This document shows positions 37,115-48,918 of a stretch of 64,000 bases of DNA, one piece after another (the stretch's first letter is position 1; each line of letters starts with the position of its first letter). The position numbers and the translations under genes are program-made. The notes below the pieces were generated by a model. That model was not told the origin of the DNA. It made no database searches and worked only from the letters and a program-made list of their open reading frames with translations. This DNA comes from Patescibacteria group bacterium (GTDB lineage: Bacteria > Patescibacteriota > UBA1384 > 2-12-FULL-50-11), in the NCBI GenBank assembly GCA_016861245.1, contig BOKZ01000001.1:415746-479745 (forward strand). The letters are read 5' to 3'.

Positions 37115-37477
37115 GTGACGGTTATGCACAAATCACTATTGGTTTTCCTCGTCCTCGTGATTGGAATCGTGTCGGCCTCGGCACAAACCAACGCACGAAC
37201 CTGGGAGTTGAAGAGCAGCTACGAGCTCCAGTACTCTCAGCCGCGACTTCGCTTCCTTGATTTCGACCCGTTCCAGAGGGACCGGGGCTTGAATCTCTAC
37301 TTCTCTGGCTACCGGCGGGATCCTTTCTACCGAATCAGCGCGTTTGACAGACCGAGTCTGTACAAGGAGCGATTCGGAATTGGTTTCCAGTCAGAGCGGA
37401 TGGAACTCAGCTTCTCCACTGGGAAAGTGGAAGACAGGGGCAATGTCACGAGTGCCGGCTTCAGCATTCGCTGGTAA
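37115..37477 (+). CDS. Small secreted hypothetical protein (GC-rich ORF).
   Basis: 120 aa. Signal peptide MHKSLLVFLVLVIGIVSASA. Followed by a hairpin plus T-run terminator at about 37480-37520. Confidence 0.35.
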   Translation: MTVMHKSLLVFLVLVIGIVSASAQTNARTWELKSSYELQYSQPRLRFLDFDPFQRDRGLNLYFSGYRRDPFYRISAFDRPSLYKERFGIGFQSERMELSFSTGKVEDRGNVTSAGFSIRW

Positions 37478-37527
37478 CCGGCGACCTACGAACGCGCAAA
37501 TTGGTTTAAACCGATGAGCGCGTTTTT

Positions 37528-38007
37528 TTAAACGATCGTTCCGACGGCGATCGCTAGCAAAACCACAATTGTTCCGATCGTTGTAATTTTCAACGCACTC
37601 AGAAATAAAGATTTCTTAACGTAATAACCTTTAAATACACCTAAGCCAATTAAAGCAAAAACCGTTGAAGCCACAGAATAGTAAAACGCCTGGCGGGTAT
37701 CCGGAGTAAAGATATACGGCAGCAGCGGAATTAGTCCGACCATCATGTACGAGAAAAACATCACCAAAGAATCGCTAAGTTGATTATCCTTCTTTTGTCC
37801 GTCGGATAGTTCGTTGGTGGAGTCTTCTGAGATATAAACACCGGCGCCCATCGAGAGCGCTTCAACAAGGATTAAAATAATCCCACTAACGATAATTTCT
37901 CGGCTAGCTAAGCCGGCGAAACTAACACCGGATAGTAACCCAACGGTCGAGACTAAACCGTCTTCGGCGCCAAAGATAAAATTTCGTAAAAAGCCCCTCC
38001 GTTGCAT
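37528..38007 (-). CDS. VIT1/CCC1-family Fe/Mn transporter-like membrane protein.
   Basis: GAEDGLVSTVGLLSGV signature of PF01988 plus 4-5 TM helices. Confidence 0.55.
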   Translation of the reverse strand: MQRRGFLRNFIFGAEDGLVSTVGLLSGVSFAGLASREIIVSGIILILVEALSMGAGVYISEDSTNELSDGQKKDNQLSDSLVMFFSYMMVGLIPLLPYIFTPDTRQAFYYSVASTVFALIGLGVFKGYYVKKSLFLSALKITTIGTIVVLLAIAVGTIV

Positions 38008-38035
38008 ATATGTATCTTACTGCAACGAGCAGTCT

Positions 38036-39142
38036 TTAGTAGACGTAACCGCGGATAACGCCGCTGTACACCGAGATCGTTCGCTGGCTAACGACGAACG
38101 GTCGGACGTAGTTCATTTCGGTAATGGTAATAGTGTCGCCGCTGACTCGTTCAACATACGCGACGTGGCCTACCGAAGCCTCGGAAGTTACCACGATAGC
38201 GCCGGCACGAGGAATACTACCGGTTGGGATACCGTAGCTTCGAGCATACGCTAAGTACTGGCCGCCGTTACCCATCTTTTGTGGTAAATCTGGACGCTTA
38301 TATTTAACCCAGTTGGTACACTGGCCGGCAAACGCACCGTACGTTGGTAGATTTCGATAGGTACCAAGAATGGTGTAGCCACCGATAGCTTGGGCTAGTC
38401 GAACGGCTGGGCCGCTTCGGCTGCTTTGGGCAGCACGTCTTGTTGCTTGTCTTTTTAGCTCTTCTTGACGAAGGCGCTCTTTTTCTTCCTCTTTAACCTT
38501 ATTTAAGCCGTCCAACCACGCGAGTGAAGTGTTAGTATCTTCTGATGGAATGAGCAACTCTGTTCCTGGTTTAATTTTCTCGATCTGATCGATCGGAATG
38601 TTGTTAGCATCAACAATTGTACCGACGCTAATGTTGTAGCGACCAGCGATCCCAAGTAACGTATCGCCCTTCTCAACGGTATAGCTGATAGCAACGAGTT
38701 CTTGGACTTCACCGGTTAACAGCGTCTGGCCGGCGAATAATTGCGGTTTGCCTAAGAACGAGTCGTTTTGATCCTGGATTTGCGCTGCAACTTTTGGTGT
38801 ATCGATTTCGTACGCCTGACCCTCACCGACGGTAATTGTTAGAAAAACACCAATAATAAACGCAAAGGCAAGCTGCGTCGCGTAGCGTTTCGTAAATGTT
38901 GCAAAGCGACGAACTGGCTTGAGTCGCGATGTTTTTTTCACCTGATTGATGAGCGGCAAACTTATAACAGCGAGCCGTGCCCTGGCAGATGAAAGATTAG
39001 ATAGTAACTTTTGAACGATAAAATATAATTTTTGTCTAACGGTCTTGATGGTAGTTCTAATGAACCTCCTTACAAAATAGACGAGTATCAGTGTACCCCA
39101 GATAAAATTAATGTCAAGCCTACTCGGTGCCCTGCCGAACAT
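38036..39142 (-). CDS. Cell-wall hydrolase: TM anchor, LysM domain, coiled-coil, C-terminal CHAP domain.
   Basis: LysM is YTVEKGDTLLGIAGRYNISVGTIVDANNI. CHAP is CTNWVKYKRPDL...GHVAYVERVSGDTITITEMNY. Confidence 0.6.
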   Translation of the reverse strand: MFGRAPSRLDINFIWGTLILVYFVRRFIRTTIKTVRQKLYFIVQKLLSNLSSARARLAVISLPLINQVKKTSRLKPVRRFATFTKRYATQLAFAFIIGVFLTITVGEGQAYEIDTPKVAAQIQDQNDSFLGKPQLFAGQTLLTGEVQELVAISYTVEKGDTLLGIAGRYNISVGTIVDANNIPIDQIEKIKPGTELLIPSEDTNTSLAWLDGLNKVKEEEKERLRQEELKRQATRRAAQSSRSGPAVRLAQAIGGYTILGTYRNLPTYGAFAGQCTNWVKYKRPDLPQKMGNGGQYLAYARSYGIPTGSIPRAGAIVVTSEASVGHVAYVERVSGDTITITEMNYVRPFVVSQRTISVYSGVIRGYVY

Positions 39143-39176
39143 CTCGGCATCGTCAACTACTCTTTAGGTAATACGA

Positions 39177-39665
39177 CTACTCAAGAATCTTGATCGAGCG
39201 AACAAGCGACGTATTTTTCCAGCGAGCGCCAAACCCGAGCACATCACCAGCCTTAGCTTGGCCGATTGCCAGGATCGTCAGAGCGTATAAGACGTGATCA
39301 TCAAGTATCGGATTGTTCTTCGGCGGAAAGTTCGTTAGCCAAAGTAACGCCATAAATAATACGCCGCCCCAAACCGCGAGGCGCATGCCAACTCCTAACA
39401 GAAACGCGATTCCAAGCAGAAGGAGCCCGGCCAGGAAGAGCCACTCGATTGCAGCGCTCGTAGCTAGATTCTGGAATACTTCGGCGAACGCCCCGCTTGT
39501 GCCTTTTGATAGGTAGCCCGCTGTCGCTGAGGCGCCGTTTAGAACCGACATCTCCGGCTTAGTTGCAAATCCTAACCCAAAAACCTTGTCTACAAACGCC
39601 CAAAGAAACAAGAAACCGAACGCGATCCGAACAACCGCTAAATACTTTTGTGTTTTTTCGCTCAT
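39177..39665 (-). CDS. DoxX-family membrane protein.
   Basis: 162 aa. Four TMs. The N-terminal YLAVVRIAFGFLFLWAFVDK matches DoxX/DoxD-like proteins. Confidence 0.5.
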   Translation of the reverse strand: MSEKTQKYLAVVRIAFGFLFLWAFVDKVFGLGFATKPEMSVLNGASATAGYLSKGTSGAFAEVFQNLATSAAIEWLFLAGLLLLGIAFLLGVGMRLAVWGGVLFMALLWLTNFPPKNNPILDDHVLYALTILAIGQAKAGDVLGFGARWKNTSLVRSIKILE

Positions 39666-40888
39666 TAGTACTCCTTTGCGTCAATACTAGAACACTCCGG
39701 ACAGGTTTCATAGATCTTGCGTCCTTCCTGAAACGCCCGCAGAGCGATCGATGCCGGTAAAATACTTTGAAAGAATTTAAAATCGACAAATCGACGAAAA
39801 ATCCAACCAAGTTTTCCAGTTAACGTACCGTCTTCAGCTTCTAGTATTGCCCAACCCGGACCGACTGGAATTGAGTAGTACGGCAGCTTGGCGCGATATG
39901 TCGTGAGCTCTCGGTTAAAAATGAGGTTTAAAATTTGTCTGGCTGCAAATTCGCCGTCGTGAATAGCTGTTTGTGCCATACCGCTATACTCGGTTGCAGC
40001 GGCATCGCCAACGACAAACACCGAGTCGTTGTCACGGCTTTGAAGTGTTTGGCGCACTTCAATCTTGCCGTAGTGGTTTAGCGTAAAGCCGCTCTTCTCG
40101 GCTAATTCGTTAGACGTTGTTCCCGCCGTCCAGATCACAGTTTTAGTGCGAATTTTCATCTGTTCCAGATATACACTCTCAATATCTTTCTTTTGAATCG
40201 GTGCGTTAACGAAGATGTTTACACCAAGCGCTCGCAGTCGCTTCTCAGCGATAACTGAACTGCTTAGATGTAGCGTCGGTAGTAAGCGGTTTGAAGCCTC
40301 AAATAAGGTAACTGTTACAAGCGACGGGGGTACGCCGTGCTGTCGCGCAAGTTTTTTTGTGTAGACGGCTAACTCGCCCGAAAGTTCTACGCCAGTTGCT
40401 CCGCCGCCAGCTACGACGATATCGATCGGTTTTTTTTGTTTGCTTGCTGCGGTTTCGCTAAAAAGCTGATGGATATGTCGTTTTAATCGCAGCGCGTCGT
40501 CGATCGTTCGAAGTGTAAAAGAGTGTTCTTTAAGCCCCGGAATAGAAAAGTAAGTCGTTTTACAGCCGACAGCAAAAATTAGATAGTCGAACGGATACTC
40601 CGAGCCGTTACTCCCAATTGCAATTTGCTTGGTGAGCTGAATCTTTTCGATAGTGTCTTTAACAACAACGGTTTTACTTGGGTTTACTATCTCGGAGAGC
40701 GGGATGCAAACCTCGAGCGGCGAGCGACCGGTAACAACGCGATATAGCGCTGCATGATACTCAAAATGGCTGGTGTTGCTAACTAGAGTTACTTCGATAT
40801 TCGAGTTGTTGTGTCTCTCAAATTCGCGCGCTGCTGCAATGCCGCCAAATCCGCCGCCGACGATCAATACTTTTTTAGGGCGCCCCAT
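39665..40888 (-). CDS. ndh: Type II NADH dehydrogenase (NDH-2) / FAD-dependent pyridine nucleotide-disulfide oxidoreductase.
   Basis: Two Rossmann GxGxxG motifs (KKVLIVGGGFGGIAAA; IDIVVAGGGATGVELSGELA). Likely start MGRPKK. Confidence 0.7.
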   Translation of the reverse strand: MGRPKKVLIVGGGFGGIAAAREFERHNNSNIEVTLVSNTSHFEYHAALYRVVTGRSPLEVCIPLSEIVNPSKTVVVKDTIEKIQLTKQIAIGSNGSEYPFDYLIFAVGCKTTYFSIPGLKEHSFTLRTIDDALRLKRHIHQLFSETAASKQKKPIDIVVAGGGATGVELSGELAVYTKKLARQHGVPPSLVTVTLFEASNRLLPTLHLSSSVIAEKRLRALGVNIFVNAPIQKKDIESVYLEQMKIRTKTVIWTAGTTSNELAEKSGFTLNHYGKIEVRQTLQSRDNDSVFVVGDAAATEYSGMAQTAIHDGEFAARQILNLIFNRELTTYRAKLPYYSIPVGPGWAILEAEDGTLTGKLGWIFRRFVDFKFFQSILPASIALRAFQEGRKIYETCPECSSIDAKEY

Positions 40889-40954
40889 ACAGCTATCGTA
40901 CCAAGTTTCTGTTAAATAACTTGCCACCTGTGATAATACGATTATTCTAATGCC

Positions 40955-41521
40955 ATGAGCGGGCTACGAATTGTGGCGGGAGTTTCCGCAAGCGGCAAGG
41001 GGACAATTATCGAGTTGCTGTTAAATCGGCATCCGAACGTTGAGCGCGCTATCACCTGCACGACCCGACCCCCACGCGGTAATTCTCAAGATCAGGCGCG
41101 GTATCAGTTTTTAACTGACGAACAGTTCGACCGCATGATTGATGACGGGTTACTCTTTGAGTATGAAGTTGTTTGGGGATCTCGCTACGGCTTGCCGCTA
41201 TCAGAGCTAGAGCGAGCAAAACATAGTAACGAGCCAGTTTTATTGGAGCTTGATATCCGCGGGGTGAGGAAGGTGCTCGAGTACGACTCTGAGGCACGAG
41301 CAGTATTTTTATTTTGCAACGCTGCCGAACAGAAAAAACGATTAATCGAACGAAACGTTTCGATAGAGACACTGGAATCGAGAATGGCAGGCGCTGCTAA
41401 CGAGATAACGATCGCTAAGGAGCTACAGTCGTATTTTGGCGACCGAATTGTTCTTATCGATAACAGTAACCAAACGATCGAGCAGACTTATCGAGCGGTG
41501 GAAAGAGTAGTTAGCCCTTAG
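40955..41521 (+). CDS. gmk: Guanylate kinase-like protein with a degenerate P-loop.
   Basis: GVSASGKGT P-loop. The TTRPPRG...YQF..DEQF...G.LFEYEVVWGSRYG pattern is typical of Gmk. Confidence 0.55.
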   Translation: MSGLRIVAGVSASGKGTIIELLLNRHPNVERAITCTTRPPRGNSQDQARYQFLTDEQFDRMIDDGLLFEYEVVWGSRYGLPLSELERAKHSNEPVLLELDIRGVRKVLEYDSEARAVFLFCNAAEQKKRLIERNVSIETLESRMAGAANEITIAKELQSYFGDRIVLIDNSNQTIEQTYRAVERVVSP

Positions 41522-41674
41522 ACTTTTCATTAAAGAGCTGCTATACTTTCAGTAACTTTATCCGCGTATGCGAGTATAAAGCAAAAATTATTTTGCTTTC
41601 GGATCGTGGCCACAACTAATAACAGTGGCACTACTGTTCGGGAGTACCAACAGTAGAAAGGCTGTTATTAGTAA

Positions 41675-42868
41675 ATGTATAAAAATGTTAAAAGTCGTCG
41701 TGGCGGTTTTAGCCGAGGTAGAAGCTTCGGTGGCCGATCCAGGCGTCCAAACCCATCGGCTGTTCACTCGTCGATGTATATCAATAAGGCAGTTGAGCTG
41801 CCTGAACAAGTAAGCGAACCGATCAAGCATCGTTTCACCGACCTTTCGTTAGATAATCGACTCGTCGATTTAGTAACCGCACGCGGTTACGTTACCCCGA
41901 CGCCAATTCAGGACAAGGCGATCCCGTTAGTTATGGGACACCGCGACGTTATCGGTATCGCCGATACCGGCACCGGTAAGACGGCTGCGTTTCTTCTGCC
42001 GCTGTTGCATAAGTTTCTAAAAGATCGATCACAAAAAGCTCTTATCATCGTCCCGACTCGCGAGTTAGCGGTACAAATTGAAGATGAGCTTCGAGTCTTC
42101 TCGCGAGGGCTACACGTTTTCTCGGCGCTTTGTATCGGTGGCGGTGGCTTTGGTTCACAGATCAACGCGCTCCGACGCAACCCCCAATTTATTATCGGGA
42201 CACCGGGACGCCTCAAAGACCACTTAAACCGCCGGACTCTGCGGTTGAATGATGTTGCAAACCTCGTTTTAGACGAAGCTGATCGTATGGTTGAGATGGG
42301 CTTTATCGACGATGTTCGTGAGCTAATCTCTCAATTACCGAAACAACGTCAATCGTTATTTTTCTCGGCGACGATTACTCCAGAAGTTCGTAATCTTATT
42401 GCAAATTTCACCGTTAACCCAGAATCGGTTTCGGTTAAGGGCCGTGAAACGTCCCAAAACGTCGATCAGGATGTGATCCGTTACACAGACGCGTTTCAAA
42501 AATTAACACTACTTCACGACATCCTCACTCAAGAAGATGCGAAAAAAGTGCTGATTTTCGGTCGTACTAAACACGGAGTTGAAAAACTTTGCAACACACT
42601 AATTGAGCGAGGCTTTAGTGCTGTCTCGATTCATGGCAACAAAACTCAGACTCAGCGACAACGTTCTTTGAACGAGTTTAAAACCAGTAAAACTCAGGTT
42701 ATGGTTGCTACCGACGTTGCGGCTCGTGGGTTAGACATTCCAGATGTTACACACGTTATCAACTACGACGCGCCGGAGAATTACGCCGATTACGTCCACC
42801 GCATTGGGCGGACTGGTCGCGCAAACAAAAAAGGCAAAGCGCTAACGTTTGTTGGCATGGGTGCGTAA
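41675..42868 (+). CDS. DEAD-box ATP-dependent RNA helicase with an RGG/Arg-rich N-terminal tail.
   Basis: Motifs I (ADTGTGKTAAF), II (DEAD in LVLDEADRMVEMGF), III (SAT), VI (HRIGRTGRA). Confidence 0.85.
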   Translation: MYKNVKSRRGGFSRGRSFGGRSRRPNPSAVHSSMYINKAVELPEQVSEPIKHRFTDLSLDNRLVDLVTARGYVTPTPIQDKAIPLVMGHRDVIGIADTGTGKTAAFLLPLLHKFLKDRSQKALIIVPTRELAVQIEDELRVFSRGLHVFSALCIGGGGFGSQINALRRNPQFIIGTPGRLKDHLNRRTLRLNDVANLVLDEADRMVEMGFIDDVRELISQLPKQRQSLFFSATITPEVRNLIANFTVNPESVSVKGRETSQNVDQDVIRYTDAFQKLTLLHDILTQEDAKKVLIFGRTKHGVEKLCNTLIERGFSAVSIHGNKTQTQRQRSLNEFKTSKTQVMVATDVAARGLDIPDVTHVINYDAPENYADYVHRIGRTGRANKKGKALTFVGMGA

Positions 42869-42871
42869 CAA

Positions 42872-44689
42872 ATGGGTATCCGTAACGTCGCTATTATTGC
42901 TCACGTTGATCACGGAAAAACCACCTTAGTTGATGGCTTATTAAAGCAATCAAAAACGTTTCGTGAAAACGAAGCGGCAATGAGCCAACACCTGATAATG
43001 GATTCAAACGATCAGGAGCGCGAGCGCGGTATTACGATTTTGGCCAAAAATACAGCTGTTACTTACAAAGGTGTAAAAATTAACATTATTGATACACCGG
43101 GGCACGCTGACTTCGGCGGCGAAGTTGAACGAACGTTAACTATGACCGATGGCGCTCTGCTGATTATCGATGCCAAAGAAGGTCCGATGCCGCAAACAAA
43201 ATTTGTACTAAAAAAGGCGCTCGAATTAGGTCTTCGGCCGATTGTTGTGATTAATAAGATCGATAAACCAGACTCTCAGGTCGAAAAAGTGCTACGAGAT
43301 ACTTCGGATCTTTTCTTGGACTTAGCTACCGACGAGTCTCAACTAGATTTTCCTGTTTACTACGCGATCGGGCGTGATGGTAAATCGTGGAATAGCTTAC
43401 CAACTCGCGAACAAATTAGCGCCGAAACCGATCTGACGCCGATTTTTGATGCGATTCTCGAGCATATCCCAGCACCGCAGTCGCAAAAAGACGAGCCGTT
43501 TCAAATGTTAGTCACAGCGCTCGATTGGGATAGTTTCCAAGGTAAATACGCGATTGGAAAGATTACTCGTGGTGTTGCGAAGCCGGGACTAGCTGTCTCA
43601 ATTGGTACACCAGACGGATTTCGTGAAACCGCAAAGATCGATCGAGTATATAGCACTCATGGCTTAACTCGATCACAGGTTGAGTCGGCAGACGCTGGCG
43701 ATATCGTGGCGATTACAGGCATAAAAAATTGCCGGATCGGCGACACGATTGCTGATGCTAATACCCCCGAAGCGCTTCCGACACTCCAAATTGCCGAGCC
43801 AACACTTAAGATGGCGATTTCTGCTAATACCTCACCGTTTGTCGGCAAAGAAGGCACTCAACTCACCAGTCAAAAAATTTACGAACGAATTATTAAAGAG
43901 CTAGAGGTTAATGTGTCGCTGAAGATGACTCCCGGAGAAAACAACGAATACATCCTTTGGGGACGTGGTGAGCTTCACCTTTCTGTTTTTATCGAAAATC
44001 TTCGCCGTGAAGGATTCGAGCTTCAAGTAGGCAAGCCACAGGTTATTACTAAAGTTGTTGATTGTCAGACTCAAGAACCGATCGAAGAGCTAACAATCGA
44101 TGTCAAAAACGAATTTGCCAGTGCTGTTACTGGCGAGATTGGTAAGCGAAAAGGTATTTTATTACTACAAACTGAAAACGAAGACGGCACAACCCGACTA
44201 TTATTTGAAATTCCAACACGAGGATTACTTGGTTTCCGAAATCATTTGTTAACTATCTCGCGTGGTACAGCGGTTATGGGCTCAAACTTCTTGCGTTTTG
44301 CACCCGTCGGCAGCGCCATTCCAAAGTTACGTAATGGTGTGTTGGTAGCGTCTGAAGGCGGTAAAGCAGTTTCGTACGGATTGAATAACGCCCAGCAACG
44401 CGGTATTACTTTTATTCCGCCGCAAACAGCTGTTTATGAAGGGATGATTATCGGTTTGCACTCACGTGAAAACGATTTAGAGATCAATGTCACGAAAGAA
44501 AAGAAACAAACAAACGTGCGTTCGAGCGGCGCCGACGACGCAATTGTTCTTACGCCTCCAACTGTGCTCAGTCTTGAACAGTCGATTGACTTTCTAGAAG
44601 ACGACGAGCTCTTAGAGGCAACACCAAAATCGTTGCGACTACGCAAGCGAATTTTAAACTCGTCTCAACGCGCTAAATCTAAAAAGTAA
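42872..44689 (+). CDS. typA: Translational GTPase TypA/BipA.
   Basis: [24 protein letters not shown]-motifs, and a BipA-type C-terminal domain. 605 aa. Confidence 0.9.
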   Translation: MGIRNVAIIAHVDHGKTTLVDGLLKQSKTFRENEAAMSQHLIMDSNDQERERGITILAKNTAVTYKGVKINIIDTPGHADFGGEVERTLTMTDGALLIIDAKEGPMPQTKFVLKKALELGLRPIVVINKIDKPDSQVEKVLRDTSDLFLDLATDESQLDFPVYYAIGRDGKSWNSLPTREQISAETDLTPIFDAILEHIPAPQSQKDEPFQMLVTALDWDSFQGKYAIGKITRGVAKPGLAVSIGTPDGFRETAKIDRVYSTHGLTRSQVESADAGDIVAITGIKNCRIGDTIADANTPEALPTLQIAEPTLKMAISANTSPFVGKEGTQLTSQKIYERIIKELEVNVSLKMTPGENNEYILWGRGELHLSVFIENLRREGFELQVGKPQVITKVVDCQTQEPIEELTIDVKNEFASAVTGEIGKRKGILLLQTENEDGTTRLLFEIPTRGLLGFRNHLLTISRGTAVMGSNFLRFAPVGSAIPKLRNGVLVASEGGKAVSYGLNNAQQRGITFIPPQTAVYEGMIIGLHSRENDLEINVTKEKKQTNVRSSGADDAIVLTPPTVLSLEQSIDFLEDDELLEATPKSLRLRKRILNSSQRAKSKK

Positions 44690-44737
44690 TTCCGTTTTCC
44701 GTGCTACTTGTTGCGTGTGCTACTATTGAGAAACCGA

Positions 44738-46540
44738 ATGTGCGGAATAATCGGCTCGATTGGTCATAAGAAAGTTGTTAACGACGTCTTGATCCACGGA
44801 TTAAAACGTTTGGAATATCGCGGATATGATTCCGCCGGCTTAGCAGTATTGACAACAGATGGTCTAAAAGTTGTTAAAAGAAAAGGTAAAGTTACTGAGC
44901 TCGAAGGCGACCAAACGACACAGAAAATTGACGGCAATATTGGTATTGCCCACACACGCTGGGCTACCCACGGCGAACCAAACGAAATTAACTCCCACCC
45001 TCATACAGATTGTGCCGGGAAGATTGCTGTAGTTCATAACGGGATTATTGAGAATTTTTATGCTCTAAAGATGATGCTAGTGAACGAAGGCCATAAGTTT
45101 AAATCGGAAACTGATACAGAAGTATTAGCCCATCTAGTTGAAAAATTTTATAAGGACGACTTAGAAGAAGCAGTTACGAGGTCACTTAAGCTGGTTGAGG
45201 GCGCGTTTGGAATTGCAGTGATTCGCGAAGGCGAAGATAGGATTGTAGTTGCTCGTCGAGGTTCGCCAATAATCTTAGGGGTCGGTCACAAAAAAATGTA
45301 CGTTGCCTCAGACGCACCAGCAGTTTTAGCACACACAAAAAAAGTTATTTATTTAAATGACAACGAAATCGCGTCGCTTTATGAAGATAGCTACACAATC
45401 AAGGACCTAAAGGGCAAAAAAGTAGTTAATGATATCCATGAGATAAAGTGGTCGCTTGAAGAGATTGAGAAGGGCGGATTTGAACATTTTATGCTCAAAG
45501 AAATGCACGAACAGCCAGACGCTATTGCTAACGCACTTCGCGGTCGAATATCTGGAGAAAAAGTAAAGTTAACTGTCAGATTTAAATCCAAGAACATTAA
45601 AAGAATTGTTATTGTCGCCTGCGGAACTAGTTGGCACGCTGGCTTAATCGGTCGATATATACTCGAGAAAATGACTGGAATACCGGTGTCTGTGGAATAC
45701 GCATCGGAATTTCGATACCGCGATCCAATTGTTGATAGCCGTACGCTTGTGATCGCTATCTCCCAATCCGGCGAGACGGCTGATACATTGGCTGCCGTGC
45801 TAGAAGCAAAAAGAAAGGGCGCAAAAACACTTGGGATTATCAACACGGTTGGTTCTACTATCAGTCGCGAAGTCGATTCGGGGGTATTCCTACATGCGGG
45901 ACCAGAGATTGGGGTGGCAAGTACAAAAGCGTTTAGTTGCCAAGTGACCACACTGGTTCTGTTAGCGATCCACATCTGCCAAGATTTAGATAAGAGCGTT
46001 TCTCCCGATATAGCACAGTCTCTCGTTAAGCTACCCGGGTTGATTCGAGAGGTGATCGCTGATCGCAAGAAAATTCAATCGATATCCAAGAAGTATCAAA
46101 AATATACGGACTTTCTGTACTTAGGCAGGGGGATAAACTTCCCAGTAGCGCTTGAAGGCGCGCTCAAACTCAAGGAAATATCGTACATTCACGCGGAAGG
46201 TTATCCAGCAGGTGAGATGAAGCACGGCCCGATTGCAATGATCGATCCAAATTTACCATCGGTTTTTATTACCCCAGACGACGATTCCTACGAAAAAACT
46301 CTTTCGAATATGCAGGAGATCAAAGCGAGGCAAGGTAAAATCATCGCAATTACAAGTATTGAAGATGAAAAACTTACCAAGCTAGCTGACGATGTAATTT
46401 TAGTACCAAACGTCCCAGCCGAAATCTCGCCAATTATCAACAACATTCCGCTACAATTTTTGGCTTATTACATCGCGACCGCCAAAGGAATTAATGTGGA
46501 TCAGCCGCGTAATTTAGCAAAATCCGTAACGGTGGAGTAG
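44738..46540 (+). CDS. glmS: Glutamine--fructose-6-phosphate aminotransferase (GlmS). The true start is MCGIIG.
   Basis: An N-terminal nucleophile Cys directly after the Met, then two SIS domains. 600 aa. Confidence 0.9.
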   Translation: MCGIIGSIGHKKVVNDVLIHGLKRLEYRGYDSAGLAVLTTDGLKVVKRKGKVTELEGDQTTQKIDGNIGIAHTRWATHGEPNEINSHPHTDCAGKIAVVHNGIIENFYALKMMLVNEGHKFKSETDTEVLAHLVEKFYKDDLEEAVTRSLKLVEGAFGIAVIREGEDRIVVARRGSPIILGVGHKKMYVASDAPAVLAHTKKVIYLNDNEIASLYEDSYTIKDLKGKKVVNDIHEIKWSLEEIEKGGFEHFMLKEMHEQPDAIANALRGRISGEKVKLTVRFKSKNIKRIVIVACGTSWHAGLIGRYILEKMTGIPVSVEYASEFRYRDPIVDSRTLVIAISQSGETADTLAAVLEAKRKGAKTLGIINTVGSTISREVDSGVFLHAGPEIGVASTKAFSCQVTTLVLLAIHICQDLDKSVSPDIAQSLVKLPGLIREVIADRKKIQSISKKYQKYTDFLYLGRGINFPVALEGALKLKEISYIHAEGYPAGEMKHGPIAMIDPNLPSVFITPDDDSYEKTLSNMQEIKARQGKIIAITSIEDEKLTKLADDVILVPNVPAEISPIINNIPLQFLAYYIATAKGINVDQPRNLAKSVTVE

Positions 46541-46583
46541 GTTTTTCCTTTAGGGCGACGTAGTGAGAGCTGTTAGAACTTTT

Positions 46584-48815
46584 TTAGATTCTGCTTCTCT
46601 TTAGTAGCAACGAGTTTAAAACAACAGAAATTGAACTTGCGGCCATGGCAGCCGATGCAAAAATAGGGCTAAGAAGTATCCCCCAAATTGGGAACAATAC
46701 TCCAGCAGCGACAGGAACGAGTAATGTGTTATAGCCAAATGCCCAGACTAAATTCATTTTAATCGTTCCCATAGTTTTTCGGCTGAGCCGGATCGCCGAT
46801 GCGACACTACGTAAATCTTTGTTTATTAAAGTAATGTCTGCGGCTTCAATGGCAACATCGGTACCGCTTCCCATCGCTATTCCGTTATCCGCGGCAGCTA
46901 ATGCTGGGGCGTCATTTATTCCATCGCCAACCATCGCCACATGGAAACCATCTCTTTGTAATTTTCGGACTTCGCTTTCTTTGTTCTGTGGCAAAACATC
47001 AGACAAGACATTTCCAGGATTAATCCCAACTTCTTTAGCAATTGCTTCGGCGACTCGGCGATTATCTCCAGTAATCATAAAAACCCTTAGACCTAATTGC
47101 ATGAGCTGGTTAACTGCTTCTTTGGACGTTGGTCGGAGTGTGTCGGCAACAGCAACGATCCCGGCAGCTTGGCCATTTATTGCTACTAGCATCGCAGTTT
47201 TACCTTCACTTTCTTTTTGCTGAAGGATCTTTTCTTGTTCGGGCGAAACAATAATCTTCTGATCTAAAAGCATCGCCCTATTACCAACTACAACCGTATT
47301 ATCTTCAACGACCGCGCTAACACCTTTGCCGGAAACAGAATCAAACTTTATCGGTTTTGACAGGCTAATATTTTTAGATTTAGCCCCTTCGACGATCGCA
47401 GTTGCTAATGGATGCTCCGACAAACTTTCAACAGAGGCTGCTGCTACTAAAACTGCTTGTTCACTTTTTTTCCATGCAATAACGTCTGTGAGTACCGGCT
47501 GCCCGTTCGTTAAAGTACCGGTTTTATCAAAAATAATGGCATTAACTTTATGAGCAGTTTCAAGTGATTCAGCATTTTTTACTAAAATTCCTTTTTCCGC
47601 ACCGCGCCCAGTTCCAACCATAATCGCAGTTGGCGTGGCTAATCCCATAGCACAAGGACACGCAATAATTAAGACCGTCACCATATTTAATAAGGCATAA
47701 GTTAAGTTTGGATTTGGACCAAATGCGTACCACACAACGAATGTTGCGATCGCAACCATAATAACTATTGGAACGAAATACGACGAAACTATGTCGGCCA
47801 TTCGCTGAATCGGTGCTTTAGAGCCTTGAGCATCTTCAACTAATTTGATTATTTGAGCGAGCATCGTTTCGGATCCAACTTTTTCTGCTTGTAATGTAAA
47901 ACTTCCTGATTTGTTCAAAGTAGCTCCGATGACTTGGTCGCCAACTTTTTTAGTTGATGGGATTGATTCACCGGTTACCATAGATTCGTCGACGGCTGAA
48001 GTGCCATCAATAATTTTTCCATCAACCGGGATCTTTTCACCAGGTCGAACGACAATATGGTCGCCTTTAACCACTTGATCGATCGGTAAATCTATTGTTT
48101 CGCCATTTCGAATTACTCGGGCAGTTTTCGCTTGCAAACTTATTAGGTTCTTAATAGCTTGACTAGTACGTTTCTTGGCGACGGCTTCAAGATATCGACC
48201 GAGTAATATTAAGGTAATTACAACAACCGAAACATCAAAATACGGCATTATTTCGGCCTCAATACTCATAAATAAATCAGGCATAAAAGTAATGATTGCC
48301 GAATATAGGTATGCCACCAATGTACCGATGGAGATCAAAGTATCCATATTCGCATTTCGATGTCTTAAGGCTTTGAGAGTGCTTTTATAGAATTGCCAAG
48401 CTGCCCAAAATTGAATTGGCGTTGCGATAATTAATTGAACGTAAAAGTTCTTTAATAGCTCTGGTGCAGTTTCAATTAACCCTGGGAAACTTCCCCATAA
48501 AATTAATAATCCAGCGATTGTGCCAGCGATTATTTTTGGACGCAATGATTTAATTTCTTGCTCGCGCATCATTTCTTGATGATTATGATGAGCTTCCCCT
48601 TCTTTAACAGCTTTATAGCCAGTTCGATCGATCGCTGCGTCTAAATCTTTTCGCTGACATAAAGTTTGATCGTAGGTAATCGTCGCTTTGCCAGTTGCTA
48701 AATTAACATTTGCTTCTTTCATCCCCTTAACTTTTGAAAGAGAACGTTCAATTGTGCGAACACAACTGGCGCAGTGCATCCCCTCAATAACAATAGTTTC
48801 TTTTTTGTGGTTCAT
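46584..48815 (-). CDS. copA: Copper-translocating P1B-type ATPase.
   Basis: N-terminal HMA domain (GMHCASC), a CPC motif in TM6, DKTGTLT phosphorylation site, GDGINDAP. Confidence 0.9.
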   Translation of the reverse strand: MNHKKETIVIEGMHCASCVRTIERSLSKVKGMKEANVNLATGKATITYDQTLCQRKDLDAAIDRTGYKAVKEGEAHHNHQEMMREQEIKSLRPKIIAGTIAGLLILWGSFPGLIETAPELLKNFYVQLIIATPIQFWAAWQFYKSTLKALRHRNANMDTLISIGTLVAYLYSAIITFMPDLFMSIEAEIMPYFDVSVVVITLILLGRYLEAVAKKRTSQAIKNLISLQAKTARVIRNGETIDLPIDQVVKGDHIVVRPGEKIPVDGKIIDGTSAVDESMVTGESIPSTKKVGDQVIGATLNKSGSFTLQAEKVGSETMLAQIIKLVEDAQGSKAPIQRMADIVSSYFVPIVIMVAIATFVVWYAFGPNPNLTYALLNMVTVLIIACPCAMGLATPTAIMVGTGRGAEKGILVKNAESLETAHKVNAIIFDKTGTLTNGQPVLTDVIAWKKSEQAVLVAAASVESLSEHPLATAIVEGAKSKNISLSKPIKFDSVSGKGVSAVVEDNTVVVGNRAMLLDQKIIVSPEQEKILQQKESEGKTAMLVAINGQAAGIVAVADTLRPTSKEAVNQLMQLGLRVFMITGDNRRVAEAIAKEVGINPGNVLSDVLPQNKESEVRKLQRDGFHVAMVGDGINDAPALAAADNGIAMGSGTDVAIEAADITLINKDLRSVASAIRLSRKTMGTIKMNLVWAFGYNTLLVPVAAGVLFPIWGILLSPIFASAAMAASSISVVLNSLLLKRSRI

Positions 48816-48918
48816 TTAGTGATGATGATCTTCCGGTTCGTCTTGACTAGATTCACCTAAAAAGAACCAGTAAACAAAAATAATTAATCCAACGCCAATA
48901 ACAATGACAAATAATTTA

